Source of the DNA: a virus
Taxonomy: Duplodnaviria > Heunggongvirae > Uroviricota > Caudoviricetes
DNA: 33,744 nt
IMG/VR virus record: IMGVR_UViG_2778261543_000005
Strand: one strand, 5' to 3'
The notes below the pieces were generated by a model. That model searched no databases. It had not been told where the DNA came from and was given only the letters and a program-made list of their open reading frames with translations. Below are positions 1-7,301 of the stretch, one piece after another; positions within the stretch are counted from its first letter, which is position 1, and each line of letters begins with the position of its first letter. Position numbers and translations under genes: made by a program.

Positions 1-172
1 GACTATCACTTAAATAAGTGATATTGGTTGTCTGGAGATTCAGGGGGCCAGTCTATCCACGTATATGCGCTGCACCGCGCTGAATTCGGGTAAAAGGAAG
101 CCCTCACCGTCCGGCGATTATTGAGTCAATTACATTTCCATAAATGCCCCCGTAGGGGCGGTTAGTTTCTCC

Positions 173-261
173 ACAAAACAGAGAAGAACACCTGCGGTGG
201 CAGCCGCCCGGATGGATTGGGTTATGAGCCCGTCGTCCGGTGATGCTCTTCTCTGTTTTGT
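173..261. repeat. Long inverted repeat (15-bp perfect arms acaaaacagagaaga / tcttctctgttttgt) inside a GC-rich structured non-coding stretch
   Basis: Arms at 173-187 and 247-261 are exact reverse complements; the intervening sequence has further short stems (gcgg..ccgc, cccc gta gggg). No ORF here has a ribosome-binding site or recognisable domain. Confidence 0.5.
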
Positions 262-592
262 AAAAAGGACGGTACCAGCCGGAAGCAAGGGTACAAACTG
301 GTACCGCCAGGACTACACACAGCATAAAGTTGTGGTGCCGGGTGCCTCCCGGTGCCTGGCGAAGGTTGCACACCAGGCGGGTGGGTATCCACAGAAGGTC
401 GACTGTCAGCCTCAACCTTAACCCGCGTGCGCTGAGCCGCATTCACCACAACGCTAAGGATTCTCTCTGGTTGAAAATACTTAGCTGTTATGTGCCTGCT
501 TTTAGCCACATCAGGCGAGGTGGACCTAGTTATTCCCCAACAACAAGGATTCGGTTAATCTGGTTATCCCCAACAACGCAAAAGGAAAAGAA

Positions 593-1027
593 ATGTCCGG
601 TAATATCTATACGCTGTACAAATCCCACTGTGAAAATGTTGGAAAGTATCGGGGCATTGAAATCAGTGGGGTAGTGTCATCAGTCGAAATAAGCAAAGTT
701 GAATCAAGGGCAACATTACTTACTCTTTTGGACCTTGTCTTACATGAGCACCGGAAGAAATTCGGCACTCCCTATAATCAGTTGAATGGGAAAAAGGCTC
801 TGGTTCACCTTATTCTGATGAAGCATCACTGGATGCCAAAACAGATTAATGAGATGAAATTTGATGAACTTCTTCTTTCAATTCAGGATGAACTCACACT
901 TGATAAAATAAGCGTAACCGCCCAGAAATTTTTAGATTATCGAGACTGGAGATCACAAATTCATCACTTTGATGATTTTGACGAAAATGAATGGGATCCT
1001 AATTTGTCTGCACAATATCTAAAGTAA
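593..1027 (+). CDS. Hypothetical protein (144 aa), AT-rich cargo gene
   Basis: ATG at 593 preceded by aaaggaaaag; clean ORF; composition visibly more AT-rich than the phage core. No motif recognised. Confidence 0.55.
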   Translation: MSGNIYTLYKSHCENVGKYRGIEISGVVSSVEISKVESRATLLTLLDLVLHEHRKKFGTPYNQLNGKKALVHLILMKHHWMPKQINEMKFDELLLSIQDELTLDKISVTAQKFLDYRDWRSQIHHFDDFDENEWDPNLSAQYLK

Positions 1028-1205
1028 CATCCTGTGATAAAACCGTGATTTCCTGATCCAGTTTTTTTAAGGAGTCTATTGTTTCCTGTCGATAAGACAG
1101 CACTTCACGAAGCTGGTTTATAGCTGCCAGCTTCTTTGTCATCCACTCATAAATTTCCTCATCTGTGTAGCCAGGCGCGACGATTTTGGGTTCTGTTTTG
1201 TGCAT
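999..1205 (-). CDS. Small hypothetical protein (68 aa), convergent with and overlapping the 3' end of 593-1027
   Basis: ATG at 1205 with a strong GAGGAGG Shine-Dalgarno 7 nt upstream on the minus strand; predicted coiled-coil-like sequence. Track ORF 999-1220 trimmed to this start. Confidence 0.35.
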   Translation of the reverse strand: MHKTEPKIVAPGYTDEEIYEWMTKKLAAINQLREVLSYRQETIDSLKKLDQEITVLSQDVTLDIVQTN

Positions 1206-1264
1206 TTCACACCTCCTCAAGTTATCAGTTACTTGTTGATGGGGACCAGATTGTTAAAGAGCTA

Positions 1265-1288
1265 AGCGTCCTGTAGGGCGCTTTTTTG
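1265..1288 (+). terminator. Intrinsic terminator-like hairpin (agcgtcc tgta gggcgct) followed by TTTTTT
   Basis: 7-bp stem with one G-U pair, then a T6 run on the plus strand. Confidence 0.4.
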
Positions 1289-1470
1289 TTGCTAACGAAT
1301 CATCCTGGACTTCATATGCCCCAGGCGGCTACTTCGTGGGTGTCCTGCCTGTTCGTTGTCATAACACCTTTAAGTTGTAATTTAGTTGTGGTTTTGAATA
1401 TTGTCAACAACTTTATGTGGTTTGAACGAGTAGCCAAGGAGTGCAAGGATTATCAAAAAAAGGAGGTTGT

Positions 1471-2361
1471 ATGGAAGACGCGCTTTACGCTTTTAATTAC
1501 ACACAGAACCGGGACAAGTTATTTGCTAACTTGATTAGCATCATTGATGGAATCATTGCAGATGGAGTTGTCCGTGAAGAGGAGGTTCTTTACTTAGATA
1601 CATGGTTACTTGAAGCAAAGCAGATTATCAATAATGGAGTTATAAAAAGTCTATCTGCTCGGGTGTCGGATATTCTTGCGGATGGAATAATCACATCAGA
1701 AGAACGTGATGACCTTAAAAATAGCCTTCTCCAAATACAGAGGGAAATTCTTGATATCCCTGAAATTGATTTTTACTCCAAGGATGTAGATGTCCATTTA
1801 CTTAATGGACTATGTAAAGGATTAATTGCTGATCGGAACTTAACTCAAGAAGAAATAAGATATCTTAATTGGTGGCTTGAGCAAAATGGAGCTTTGAAGA
1901 ACAACTACCCAGGAAAAAAACTTTATGCACTTGTAAAGGAAATTCTTAAAGATGGTGTTATTACTGAAGATGAGAGTTTAACTCTACATAAGGCATTAGT
2001 AGACTTCACAGGATGTGACTTGGAAAGTGGGGTGGTGGATGGTTTGGCGACCAGGCTGCCTATTGATGTAGGGGCTTCGATAGAGTTAGAGGGTAAAACC
2101 TATTGTCTTACAGGCACTTTTGTTGCAGGAAAGAGAGCCGTAGTTGAAAATTTGATTAAAAATGCTGGTGGGAACATCAGTAGTGGAATTACTCAAAAGT
2201 TGGATTTTTTAGTAATTGGGACGCTTTCCTCCCGTGATTGGAAATTCTCTAGTCACGGAAGGAAGATCGAAAAGGCTATATCTTATAGGGATGATAATGG
2301 TGCAAAACTTAAAATTATTTCTGAAGAAATGCTTTTCGATGCATTACCAAGTTCGCGATGA
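1471..2361 (+). CDS. Cargo protein with N-terminal TerB-like repeated (A/K)DG-x-I/V...EE...L motifs and a C-terminal BRCT-like domain
   Basis: ATG at 1471 preceded by aaaaaggagg. Four repeats (IADGVVREEEV, LADGIITSEER, IADRNLTQEEI, LKDGVITEDES). C-terminus (KTYCLTGTF...IKNAGG...LDFLVIGT) resembles the BRCT domain of NAD-dependent ligases. Domain calls are by eye. Confidence 0.6.
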   Translation: MEDALYAFNYTQNRDKLFANLISIIDGIIADGVVREEEVLYLDTWLLEAKQIINNGVIKSLSARVSDILADGIITSEERDDLKNSLLQIQREILDIPEIDFYSKDVDVHLLNGLCKGLIADRNLTQEEIRYLNWWLEQNGALKNNYPGKKLYALVKEILKDGVITEDESLTLHKALVDFTGCDLESGVVDGLATRLPIDVGASIELEGKTYCLTGTFVAGKRAVVENLIKNAGGNISSGITQKLDFLVIGTLSSRDWKFSSHGRKIEKAISYRDDNGAKLKIISEEMLFDALPSSR

Positions 2362-3030
2362 CCAGAATACCCTACCTATAACATGAATTCTGGCTCGTCT
2401 ATCTTCAAAGGTGAGTATTTCATCTGGGTACTCATCTTTGTTGAAGCTTCTAAGAATCAAGCCACCGTCAGGTAAGTTGATAAGTATTTTAACCCTTAGC
2501 AATACACCATCTCGTACGGCATAAAGATCGCCATCACGAATAGGAACGGTTTGAGAAATATCAACGGCAACAAGATCTCCATTATTGAGAACCGGTAATA
2601 AACTGTTCCCCCATATTTGTACGATCTTGGCATTAGATGCACATACGCCAGATTTTCTCAAATCTGCTCTTCTTAACGGAAACCAGTCAATAGCTGATTC
2701 AACTATTTCAGCCAGACATCCGTTACCTGCCGATAACTCGACATCTAAAACAGGAATGTTTACGAAAATATCGGGGTCTAATGCGGTGCTTTCTGCTTCT
2801 TTTACAACAAGATCAGGTATGGATGCGTTGTCTTCAATACCAAGTTGTAACCACTTTTGTGATACACCTAAAACTTTTGCAATTTCTTTAATTTTGCGCG
2901 GTTGTAGAGTTTCGCCATTCTCTATTTTGGCTACAGATTGTTGTGAAAGTCCAATTTTTTCAGCTAGTTGAGCTTGGCTCATGCCAGCTTTCTCTCTACC
3001 TATCTTTAATCGTTCTGCCAGTGTTTTCAC
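2344..3030 (-). CDS. Phage repressor, CI/LexA-like (N-terminal XRE-type HTH + C-terminal S24 peptidase domain)
   Basis: GTG start at 3030 with GAGGG upstream. N-terminus MSQAQLAEKIGLSQQSVAKIENGE is a typical HTH; C-terminal half matches the S24 self-cleaving fold. Divergent from a Cro-like gene. Confidence 0.85.
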   Translation of the reverse strand: MKTLAERLKIGREKAGMSQAQLAEKIGLSQQSVAKIENGETLQPRKIKEIAKVLGVSQKWLQLGIEDNASIPDLVVKEAESTALDPDIFVNIPVLDVELSAGNGCLAEIVESAIDWFPLRRADLRKSGVCASNAKIVQIWGNSLLPVLNNGDLVAVDISQTVPIRDGDLYAVRDGVLLRVKILINLPDGGLILRSFNKDEYPDEILTFEDRRARIHVIGRVFWSSRTW

Positions 3031-3165
3031 AACATATCCCTCTCTTTTTTGATGAGGTTACAACTTTATGTTTTAGCTTTCCAACACCTAAAAGTTGTGG
3101 TAAAAGTTGTTAATGTTGTATTCTTTCAGCTCGTAACAACTTAACTACCAAAAAAGGAGAAAGCT
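3031..3165. promoter_or_regulatory. Divergent promoter/operator region between repressor and cro-like genes with repeated ACAACTT / AAGTTGT half-sites
   Basis: Half-site copies at about 3060-3066, 3092-3098, 3104-3110 and 3135-3141 in both orientations, in the intergenic space between divergent regulators. Confidence 0.55.
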
Positions 3166-3414
3166 ATGACACCTGAGCAATTAGCCTTATCGGAGGCAAT
3201 CGCTCTGGCTGGTGGTCAATCAGAATTGGCTCGGAAGCTCACAGCCAGCAGCGGTCATTTAGTAAAGCAACAACATGTCTGGAACTGGTTGAACAGAGAA
3301 AAGCGTCCCCCTGCAAAGCTCTCGATATTCATTGAAAAGACCACTGGCATATCAAAAGAAAAATTACGTCCAGATATTTTTCAAAAGATTAAAGATTCAT
3401 CAGATGAAAAGTAA
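3166..3414 (+). CDS. Cro-like small HTH regulator (YdaS/Cro family-like)
   Basis: 82 aa, divergent from the repressor, RBS aaaaaggaga upstream; small HTH protein at the canonical cro position. Confidence 0.7.
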   Translation: MTPEQLALSEAIALAGGQSELARKLTASSGHLVKQQHVWNWLNREKRPPAKLSIFIEKTTGISKEKLRPDIFQKIKDSSDEK

Positions 3415-3436
3415 CCACAGTTTTAAGGAGATAGCC

Positions 3437-3994
3437 GTGGGCAAGCATCACTGGAAAATAGAAAAACAGCCTGAGTGGTACGTGAAAGCTGTCAGAAAAA
3501 CTATCGCGGCGTTGCCGGGGGGTTACGCTGAAGCCGCTGACTGGCTGGATGTAACAGAGAACGCTTTATTCAACCGCCTTCGTGCAGATGGCGATCAGAT
3601 TTTCCCGCTGGGATGGGCAATGGTTTTACAGCGTGCTGGTGGCACTCACTTCATTGCTGATGCTGTGGCGCAGTCTGCAAATGGCGTCTTTGTGTCTCTT
3701 CCTGACGTCGAGGATGTGGACAACGCCGATATTAACCAGCGTCTGCTGGAAGTCATTGAACAGATCGGCAGTTATTCAAAACAGATTCGTTCAGCAATCG
3801 AAGACGGTGTAGTGGAACCGCATGAGAAGACAGCAATTAACGACGAGCTGTATCTCTCAATTTCGAAGCTGCAGGAACATGCAGCACTTGTCTACAAAAT
3901 TTTTTGCATTTCAGAAAGTAATGACGCCCGCGAGTGTGCAGCTCCGGGCGTCGTGGCGTCGATTGCTTCTGGTTGTGGAGAAACTAACGCATGA
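3437..3994 (+). CDS. Hypothetical early protein at the cII/YdaT position
   Basis: In-frame GTG at 3437 with AGGAG 6 nt upstream (alternative ATG at 3404 lacks an RBS); stop overlaps the next ATG (ATGA). Function not recognised. Confidence 0.45.
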   Translation: MGKHHWKIEKQPEWYVKAVRKTIAALPGGYAEAADWLDVTENALFNRLRADGDQIFPLGWAMVLQRAGGTHFIADAVAQSANGVFVSLPDVEDVDNADINQRLLEVIEQIGSYSKQIRSAIEDGVVEPHEKTAINDELYLSISKLQEHAALVYKIFCISESNDARECAAPGVVASIASGCGETNA

Positions 3995-4329
3995 ACAGTT
4001 TAACAACACACTACCGTCGCTCGCAACTGATTGCGCTTCCTTTACCGGGTGGAAAAGCGAAGGTGGAGTATTGCTATGCAGTGAATGTACCAGGTGACAG
4101 GGAAATTGTAACCCACAGCTTTGCAGAGTGGGCTGTGGGTGATTTCAACCGGCAGAAGGAGACAGTCCTTTGCGACAAGTTAACCGCTGGTTCAAAGATC
4201 ACTACGGAGTGCCCGTCAGAGTCATTCGTTGGGAACCGGAAACACAACGGGTTATCTACCTTCGCGAAGGTTATGAGCATGAATGCTTCAGTCCGCTCGA
4301 ACAGTTTCGTCGTAAATTCAGGGAAATAG
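3991..4329 (+). CDS. Hypothetical early protein (112 aa)
   Basis: Translationally coupled to the upstream gene (ATGA overlap); no motif recognised. Confidence 0.4.
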   Translation: MNSLTTHYRRSQLIALPLPGGKAKVEYCYAVNVPGDREIVTHSFAEWAVGDFNRQKETVLCDKLTAGSKITTECPSESFVGNRKHNGLSTFAKVMSMNASVRSNSFVVNSGK

Positions 4330-4338
4330 AGGTCGGTC

Positions 4339-5280
4339 ATGAGCACTAAATTAACCGGCTATGTATGGGATGGTTGCGCTGCATCAGGCATGAAGTTATC
4401 CAGCGTGGCAATTATGGCCCGCCTGGCTGATTTCAGTAATGACGAAGGTGTGTGCTGGCCATCAATTGAAACCATTGCCCGTCAGATTGGCGCGGGGATG
4501 AGTACCGTCAGAACGGCTATCGCACGGCTGGAAGCAGAAGGCTGGTTAACGCGTAAGGCGCGTCGCCAGGGTAACCGTAATGCGTCGAATGTTTATCAGC
4601 TTAACGTTGCGAAGCTTCAGGCAGCGGCATTTTCTCAACTGTCAGATTCTGACCCGTCAAAATCTGACGCATCAAAATCTGACCCGTCAAAATTTGATGC
4701 GTCGAAATCTGGCAAAAAAGCGGGTTTTCACCCGTCAGAATCTGGCGGGGATCCGTCAGTAAAATCAAAACATGATCCGTCAGATAAAAAATCTTCTCGT
4801 CCGGACGCTTCGCAACCGGACACGCAGACGGATGGACAGGATTTTTTAACTCGCCATCCTGATGCGGTTGTATTCAGCCCTAAAAAGCGCCAGTGGGGGA
4901 CGCAGGATGATTTGACCTGCGCACAGTGGCTTTGGAAAAAAATCATCGCCCTGTACGAGCAGGCCGCCGAATGTGACGGCGAGGTGGTTCGTCCCAAAGA
5001 ACCTAACTGGACAGCCTGGGCAAACGAAATTCGCCTGATGTGTGTGCAGGATGGTCGTACTCACAAACAAATCTGCGAGATGTACAGCCGCGTCAGCCGC
5101 GATCCGTTCTGGTGCCGTAACGTGCTCAGCCCGTCGAAGCTGCGGGAAAAATGGGATGAGCTTTCCCTGCGCTTATCGCCGTCCGTAAGCACGTACACCG
5201 AAAAACGCGAAGACCCGTACTTCAAATCCAGTTACGACAACGTGGACTACAGCCAGATCCCGGCAGGATTCAGGGGGTGA
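4339..5280 (+). CDS. Replication initiator (O-like; N-terminal HTH domain) with an embedded iteron array
   Basis: RBS aaatagaggtcggtc-ATG. N-terminal HTH (GMSTVRTAIARLEAEGWL) typical of phage replication initiators. Internal DNA repeats encode the low-complexity DPSKSDASKSDPSKFDASKS stretch. Confidence 0.65.
   Translation: MSTKLTGYVWDGCAASGMKLSSVAIMARLADFSNDEGVCWPSIETIARQIGAGMSTVRTAIARLEAEGWLTRKARRQGNRNASNVYQLNVAKLQAAAFSQLSDSDPSKSDASKSDPSKFDASKSGKKAGFHPSESGGDPSVKSKHDPSDKKSSRPDASQPDTQTDGQDFLTRHPDAVVFSPKKRQWGTQDDLTCAQWLWKKIIALYEQAAECDGEVVRPKEPNWTAWANEIRLMCVQDGRTHKQICEMYSRVSRDPFWCRNVLSPSKLREKWDELSLRLSPSVSTYTEKREDPYFKSSYDNVDYSQIPAGFRG
4640..4795. repeat. Iteron array / putative replication origin inside the initiator gene
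   Basis: Tandem units tctgacccgtcaaaatctgacgcatcaaaa (4648-4677) and tctgacccgtcaaaatttgatgcgtcgaaa (4678-4707), plus further ccgtcag(a/t)aaatc copies to about 4790; contains an 11-bp inverted repeat gacgcatcaaa/tttgatgcgtc. Confidence 0.55.
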
Positions 5281-5282
5281 TC

Positions 5283-5771
5283 ATGAGTCTTTTGAATGAA
5301 GTTCAGAAATACATTGAAGCCCATCCGGGGTGTACTTCCGGAGACATTGCGGATGCTTTTGCAGGTTACTCACGGCAGCGCGTTCTGCAGTCAGCAAGCA
5401 AGTTACGTCAGAGTGGTCGTGTGGCTCACCGTTGTGAAGGGGATACACGCAGACATTTCCCGCGCCTGACTGAGAGAGCGCAGGAGGCGGAACCGCAACC
5501 AGTTCGTGAAACCAGACCTGTGCGCAATTTCTATGTCGGCACTAACGACCCGCGGGAGATTTTGTGCCTGACCCGCCAGGCTGAAGAACTGGAGTCCAGG
5601 GGCTTATACCGTCGTGCTGCAACGGTGTGGATGGCGGCATTCCGTGAAAGCCACTCCCAGCCAGAACGAAACAATTTTCTGGCGCGTCGTGAGCGGTGCT
5701 TACGGAAAAGCAGCAAGCGCGCTGCATCGGGTGAAGAGTGGTATCTGTCAGGGAATTACGTGGGGGCTTAA
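5283..5771 (+). CDS. PerC-family-like transcriptional regulator
   Basis: ATG at 5283 after aggggg. C-terminal GLYRRAATVWMAAF...FLARRERCLRKS resembles the PerC/Pch family signature. By-eye assignment. Confidence 0.5.
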   Translation: MSLLNEVQKYIEAHPGCTSGDIADAFAGYSRQRVLQSASKLRQSGRVAHRCEGDTRRHFPRLTERAQEAEPQPVRETRPVRNFYVGTNDPREILCLTRQAEELESRGLYRRAATVWMAAFRESHSQPERNNFLARRERCLRKSSKRAASGEEWYLSGNYVGA

Positions 5772-6097
5772 TGACGACGTTAACTCAATGCCAGCAGCAG
5801 GTGCTGGATATGCTGATTTCTTATCAGAAAGAACGTGGCTTCCCGCCAACCAATCAGGAGGTGGCAACCATGCTGGGATACCGTTCGGTGAATGCAGCGG
5901 TGGAGCATCTTCGTGCGCTGGAGAAAAAAGGCGTCATCACGATAAAGCGTGGCGTGGCCCGGGGGATAACGCTTCATACCGCGGTGAAGGACGACGACAG
6001 CGAGGCGGTCGGGATTATCCGCTCACTGCTTGCCGGTGAGGAAAACGCCAGGCTGCGTGCAGCCCACTGGTTACATGAGAGGGGCCTGAAAGTATGA
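5771..6097 (+). CDS. LexA N-terminal DNA-binding domain homologue lacking the S24 peptidase domain
   Basis: Aligns by eye to the LexA N-terminus (LT.RQQ.V.D.I...G.PPT..E.A..LG.RS.NAA.EHL.AL..KGVI.I..G..RGI.L); only 108 aa, no Ala-Gly cleavage site or Ser/Lys dyad. TAATG overlap with the upstream gene. Confidence 0.65.
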   Translation: MTTLTQCQQQVLDMLISYQKERGFPPTNQEVATMLGYRSVNAAVEHLRALEKKGVITIKRGVARGITLHTAVKDDDSEAVGIIRSLLAGEENARLRAAHWLHERGLKV

Positions 6098-6483
6098 AGC
6101 TTATTCTGCCTTTTCCGCCCAGCGTGAACACGTACTGGCGACACCCCAACAAAGGGGCGTTTGCTGGTAAGAGCCTGATAAGCACGGCGGGGCGAAAATT
6201 CCAGAGCGCGGCGTGCGCAGCAATAGTTGAGCAGTTACGTCGTCTGCCGAAACCAACGTCGGCACCTGCTGCAGTGGAGATCGTGTTGTTTCCACCGGAT
6301 AACCGGATCCGCGATCTGGACAACTATAACAAGGCGCTGTTTGACGCCCTGACCCACGCGGGGGTGTGGGAAGACGACAGTCAGGTGAAAAGAATGCTGG
6401 TGGAGTGGGGACCGGTTATCCCGGAAGGGAAGGTCGAGATCACTATCAGTAAGTACGAGAAAACGGCGGGTGCAGCCGCCTGA
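6094..6483 (+). CDS. rusA: Holliday junction resolvase RusA
   Basis: 129 aa; LPFPPSVNTYWRH...RDLDNYNKALFDALT matches the RusA motif pattern; ATGA overlap with the upstream gene. Confidence 0.8.
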   Translation: MKLILPFPPSVNTYWRHPNKGAFAGKSLISTAGRKFQSAACAAIVEQLRRLPKPTSAPAAVEIVLFPPDNRIRDLDNYNKALFDALTHAGVWEDDSQVKRMLVEWGPVIPEGKVEITISKYEKTAGAAA

Positions 6484-6502
6484 TCAAGAGGAGAAACGAA
6501 GT

Positions 6503-7300
6503 ATGAATAATCTGATGGTCATTGATGGTATTGAAGTTCGTCGTGATGCTTATGGGCGTTACAGCCTGAACGATCTGCACAGGGCTGCCGGTTCTCTGGA
6601 TAAGCATAAGCCTGCATTCTGGCTCCGCAATGAGCAAACTGAACGTTTAATAAGCGAGTTGCAGATTTGCAACTCGGTCAATATAGAGCCAGTTAACGTT
6701 ATTCGTGGCGGAAATAACCAGGGGACGTATGTCTGCAAAGAACTGGTGTATGCCTATGCAATGTGGATCAGCCCGTCATTCCATCTGAAGGTGATTCGTA
6801 CTTTCGACATGGTAACCAGCGCACCGGAAAAATTATCCGGACAGGCTGCTGACAAGATGCAGGCTGGTGTGATTCTGCTGGACTTTATGCGCCGGGAATT
6901 AAACCTGTCTAACTCTTCAGTGCTTGGTGCCTGTCAGAAGCTTCAGGAGGCTGTTGGCTTACCGAATCTGGCACCTCGCTATGCCATTGATGCTCCTGCT
7001 GACGCGCCTGATGGCTCAAGTCGCCCGACACTGTCACTGAGTGCACTGCTGAAACAGTATGGTATCTGCCTGACGGCTAATCAGGCATATCACCAGATGG
7101 CGAAGCTGGGGATCGTTGAACAACGCGAACGATACAGCCGTACCGCGATTAACAACATCAAAAAATTCTGGTCGCTGACGGCGAAAGGCTGCATGTTCGG
7201 CAAGAACATCACCAGTCCCGCAAATCCGCGCGAGACGCAGCCGCATTTCTTCGAATCCCGATTCCCTGAGCTGTTAAAGCTGCTCGATACCGTTCATTGA
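6503..7300 (+). CDS. KilA-N domain protein (anti-repressor-like)
   Basis: ATG at 6503 after aagaggag. N-terminus MNNLMVIDGIEVRRDAYGRYSLNDLHRAAG is typical of the KilA-N domain. Confidence 0.65.
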   Translation: MNNLMVIDGIEVRRDAYGRYSLNDLHRAAGSLDKHKPAFWLRNEQTERLISELQICNSVNIEPVNVIRGGNNQGTYVCKELVYAYAMWISPSFHLKVIRTFDMVTSAPEKLSGQAADKMQAGVILLDFMRRELNLSNSSVLGACQKLQEAVGLPNLAPRYAIDAPADAPDGSSRPTLSLSALLKQYGICLTANQAYHQMAKLGIVEQRERYSRTAINNIKKFWSLTAKGCMFGKNITSPANPRETQPHFFESRFPELLKLLDTVH

Positions 7301-7301
7301 G

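Noticed and set aside
100-500. Retron msr-msd ncRNA
   Set aside because: No reverse transcriptase gene is present nearby in the window, and the 15-bp inverted repeat is only about 60 nt apart, shorter than typical retron a1/a2 spacing. Cannot be supported.
104-674. Four mutually overlapping track ORFs (104-442 minus, 197-421 plus, 222-509 minus, 330-674 plus) as protein-coding genes
   Set aside because: They overlap each other in different frames within a GC-rich, highly self-complementary region, have no RBS and unrecognisable low-complexity products; more likely frame noise over a non-coding or decayed region.
1286-1534. Track ORF 1286-1534 (plus) as a gene
   Set aside because: Lies over the promoter and RBS region of the 1471 gene with no RBS of its own; the downstream gene has a textbook aaaaaggagg-ATG start.
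4640-4795. CRISPR array
   Set aside because: Repeats are short, degenerate, contiguous without unique spacers, and lie in-frame inside the replication initiator gene; this is an iteron array, not CRISPR.
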